Below are positions 61,982 through 64,000 of a DNA stretch of 64,000 nucleotides, one piece after another. The notes under the pieces are model-generated. The model worked only from the letters and a program-made list of their open reading frames with translations. It was not told the origin of the DNA and did no database searches. Both the position numbers and the translations under genes were made by a program. Each line of letters begins with the position of its first letter. Position 1 is the first letter of the stretch. The stretch is from Archaeoglobi archaeon JdFR-42 (GTDB lineage: Archaea; Halobacteriota; Archaeoglobi; Archaeoglobales; JdFR-42): assembly GCA_002010305.1 (NCBI GenBank), contig MTND01000009.1, positions 18,805-82,804 on the forward strand. The letters run 5' to 3'.

Positions 61982-63154
61982 ATGGAGGTACCATCACCAA
62001 AAAAAATTGGATTCAGATATTTCTATCGAAAAAGAGTTAGAACATTTGTAGCAATATTTGTAATTGCTCTCTCAGTGGGAATTGTGATTTCCAGTTCACT
62101 TCTCATCTCTCACTCTATAACAGAAGTAAACAAACTTGGTAATCTGGCCGGGGCAGATCTTGTGGTGATTCCCAAGGGTAGCAAACACGCTTATGAAGGG
62201 CTTATGCTTGTTGGGGAGCCTTCCACATTTTTTATGGAAGATTCAATACTGAGTGAAATCCAGAATATGGATCATGTGAAACAGGCAACACCCCATCTGT
62301 ATATGATTACTCTTTCAGAGTCTTTTGGATGCTGTGGCCTATCTAATACTGAGGTTGTAGGAATAGATCCAGAAACAGATTTTGTTTTCAAAAATTTCCT
62401 TCCGGATGAGTTTGTTTTAAAAACAGGTGAATGTATTCTCCCATTCACTGTTCCTGGAAATCCTGGTCAGACCATTCCTTTATTTGGAAAATCCTTTACC
62501 ATAGCTTATAATCTGCCTTATACGGGCACACCACTGGATTACTTCATAGTTATCAGATTGGATGACATGAGAGATGTGTTAAAAAGTAATCCTGATGTAA
62601 AGATAGACTATTCCACTCTTATATCAGCAGTGCTGATCAAAGTGGATGATCCCATCTATATAGACTTACTGAGGGCGAAGATCACTCATGCTGAGGATGT
62701 GGAAGTCATCACTCAGGATACACTGGTCGCTTCAGCTTTAAGAGCCCTTCAGAGCACAGTGAGTGTTTTCAAAATTGCCATCCCTGTGGTAATCGCCTTT
62801 TCAGCTCTGTCCATGGGAGGAGTGATGCTGGCAGGAATGGGTGAGAGAAAAAGAGAGATAGGTCTCCTTAAAGCTATTGGTGCATATGACAGCTACATAC
62901 TCCAGATTTTCTTAGTAGAGGGCTTCCTGAATGTCATTACAGGCTGGATAATCGGGCTAGGAGTAGGATATCTGATGTACATGTTCCTATCTTCTTCTCC
63001 CGGGATTCAGATAACCACTGAAATAGAATTGAGAGAGTTTCTTGAAGTGAGTGGAACTGGTCTGGCTATTGCTTTAGTCCTTGGAATGATGCCGGCATTA
63101 TATTCATATTTCGTTTCTAAGAAGGAGATGATAACCCGTATTGTGAGGGAATAA
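61982..63154 (+). CDS. ABC transporter permease, FtsX/MacB type
   Basis: An N-terminal TM helix, a large extracytoplasmic domain, and a C-terminal FtsX-like 3-TM bundle. Confidence 0.75.
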   Translation: MEVPSPKKIGFRYFYRKRVRTFVAIFVIALSVGIVISSSLLISHSITEVNKLGNLAGADLVVIPKGSKHAYEGLMLVGEPSTFFMEDSILSEIQNMDHVKQATPHLYMITLSESFGCCGLSNTEVVGIDPETDFVFKNFLPDEFVLKTGECILPFTVPGNPGQTIPLFGKSFTIAYNLPYTGTPLDYFIVIRLDDMRDVLKSNPDVKIDYSTLISAVLIKVDDPIYIDLLRAKITHAEDVEVITQDTLVASALRALQSTVSVFKIAIPVVIAFSALSMGGVMLAGMGERKREIGLLKAIGAYDSYILQIFLVEGFLNVITGWIIGLGVGYLMYMFLSSSPGIQITTEIELREFLEVSGTGLAIALVLGMMPALYSYFVSKKEMITRIVRE

Positions 63155-63202
63155 CTATGGACAGATGGAGTGAGGACAATGCCATCTGAAATAGGAGGGA
63201 GC

Positions 63203-63880
63203 ATGATTGAACTTGTCAATATCAAAAAAACATATATAGATGGAGACATCAGGGTGGAAGCTCTTAAGGGTATCAGTCTTACAATCAACCCGGGAGAGAT
63301 TATCTGCATTACCGGACCATCTGGTGGGGGAAAAACAACCCTGCTTAATATTACGGGAGGGCTTGACAGACCCACTTCTGGCAAAGTTATCATACGAGGG
63401 GAGAATCTAGCTGATTTTTCCAGTTCTCAGCTGAATGAGTTTAGAAAAAGTATTGGATATATATTCCAGTATGATTTTTTTATCTCGACTCTGAACCTTA
63501 TAGAAAACCTGCTTGTTCCTGCATCAATATTACAACTAAACTCTGAAGAAAGAGAGCAGATTGTGACTAAAGCTGAGACCTTGCTGGATTTCATGGACCT
63601 CTCTCATCGTGCAGATCACCTTCCTTTCCAGTTGAGTGGTGGAGAATTAAGGAGGGCTACCATAATACGCGCTTTATTGTATGAGCCAGATGTCCTCCTG
63701 GCAGATGAGCCCACTTCTAACATAGATAAAGAGAATAAAGAGATTGTTATGGAAATGCTGAGGAAAGAACGGGGTAAAAGAACGATAGTGATTGCCACAC
63801 ATGATATAGAATTGCTAAATATTGCTGATAGAGGCTTTAAAATGAATTTTGGAGAGTTAATTCCTCTTGATTTTCAGTAA
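63203..63880 (+). CDS. ABC transporter ATP-binding protein (MacB/LolD type)
   Basis: Walker A GPSGGGKTT, signature LSGGELRR and Walker B LLADEPT. GGAGG lies 5 nt before the ATG at 63203. Confidence 0.9.
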   Translation: MIELVNIKKTYIDGDIRVEALKGISLTINPGEIICITGPSGGGKTTLLNITGGLDRPTSGKVIIRGENLADFSSSQLNEFRKSIGYIFQYDFFISTLNLIENLLVPASILQLNSEEREQIVTKAETLLDFMDLSHRADHLPFQLSGGELRRATIIRALLYEPDVLLADEPTSNIDKENKEIVMEMLRKERGKRTIVIATHDIELLNIADRGFKMNFGELIPLDFQ

Positions 63881-64000
63881 TTTTTATGGATTATTTTGAT
63901 GGATGGGTATATGCAGAGCATATACACCAATTTCATAACTAAATCACTGTTTGTCAAATATCATGTTAAGAGGGGGCACATACATCCACACCAGAAGAAA

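Noticed and set aside
63944-64000. Possible 3' end of a minus-strand gene running off the right edge (…FLLVWMYVPPLNMIFDKQ*)
   Set aside because: Only 18 codons are visible, which is too short to support a call.
1-64000. Scan for tRNA/rRNA genes, CRISPR repeats, transposases/integrases, toxin-antitoxin or known defence genes
   Set aside because: I saw no T-arm or anticodon-arm-like structures, no regularly spaced direct repeats, and no ORF with recombinase, nuclease-defence or TA signatures. The window reads as core chromosome rather than an accessory island.

Overview
Densely coding archaeal chromosome segment of about 70 genes, roughly 40% GC by eye. Lineage markers are euryarchaeal: Tfx, NrpR, archaemetzincin, aIF5A, Rpo11, Csl4, the ftsZ-secE-spt5-rpl11 and rpl1-rplP0-rplP1 blocks, and the archaeal DHQ pathway. 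Proteins are rich in E/K/I/V, which suggests a thermophile. I cannot assign the organism from sequence alone. I found no rRNA, tRNA, CRISPR array, transposase, integrase or obvious defence genes. Main blocks, left to right: (1) housekeeping genes (truA, purC, glutaredoxin-like, Tfx, UPF0200/UPF0201, radical SAM, TrkA-N/DHH). (2) A sulfur-trafficking and Fe-S cluster, tusA-like, dsrE-like, nifS/iscS-like and iscU. The desulfurase homologue lacks the PLP lysine and has a 5' frame break. (3) Zn-ADH plus DhnA aldolase, HDAC, archaemetzincin, a small wHTH protein, iron-sulfur flavoprotein, agmatinase and aIF5A. (4) An O2/ROS detoxification island: fprA, rubrerythrin-like, rubredoxin, ferritin-like, 1Fe-SOR and a separate desulforedoxin minigene. 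Rubredoxin and desulforedoxin fall below the ORF-track size cutoff. (5) Exosome/RNAP genes and the ribosomal stalk/ftsZ block. (6) An 11-kb aromatic amino-acid supraoperon (trpCDFEGBA, aroA', aroB', aroD, tyrA-aroQ-pheA fusion) with a divergent ACT-domain regulator. (7) A five-gene operon (DUF59, 2x DUF2249, DUF1858, and a 12-TM protein built from three sequence-detectable HxH repeats). (8) nrpR, an M29 peptidase-like gene and livKHM without ATPase genes. (9) Two convergent gene sets with no pathway I can recognise: enamidase-like amidohydrolase and DapA-like aldolase, facing UPF0280/ApbE-like, MoaD-fused polyferredoxin enzyme, AOR, ferredoxin, ureohydrolase, MtaA/UroD-like and GlcF/GlcD-like genes. 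(10) A MacB/FtsX-type ABC exporter. Best candidates for undescribed biology are blocks 7 and 9, plus a recurring 40-bp double-palindrome element at several promoters. All functional calls rest on motifs read by eye. No database search was run.
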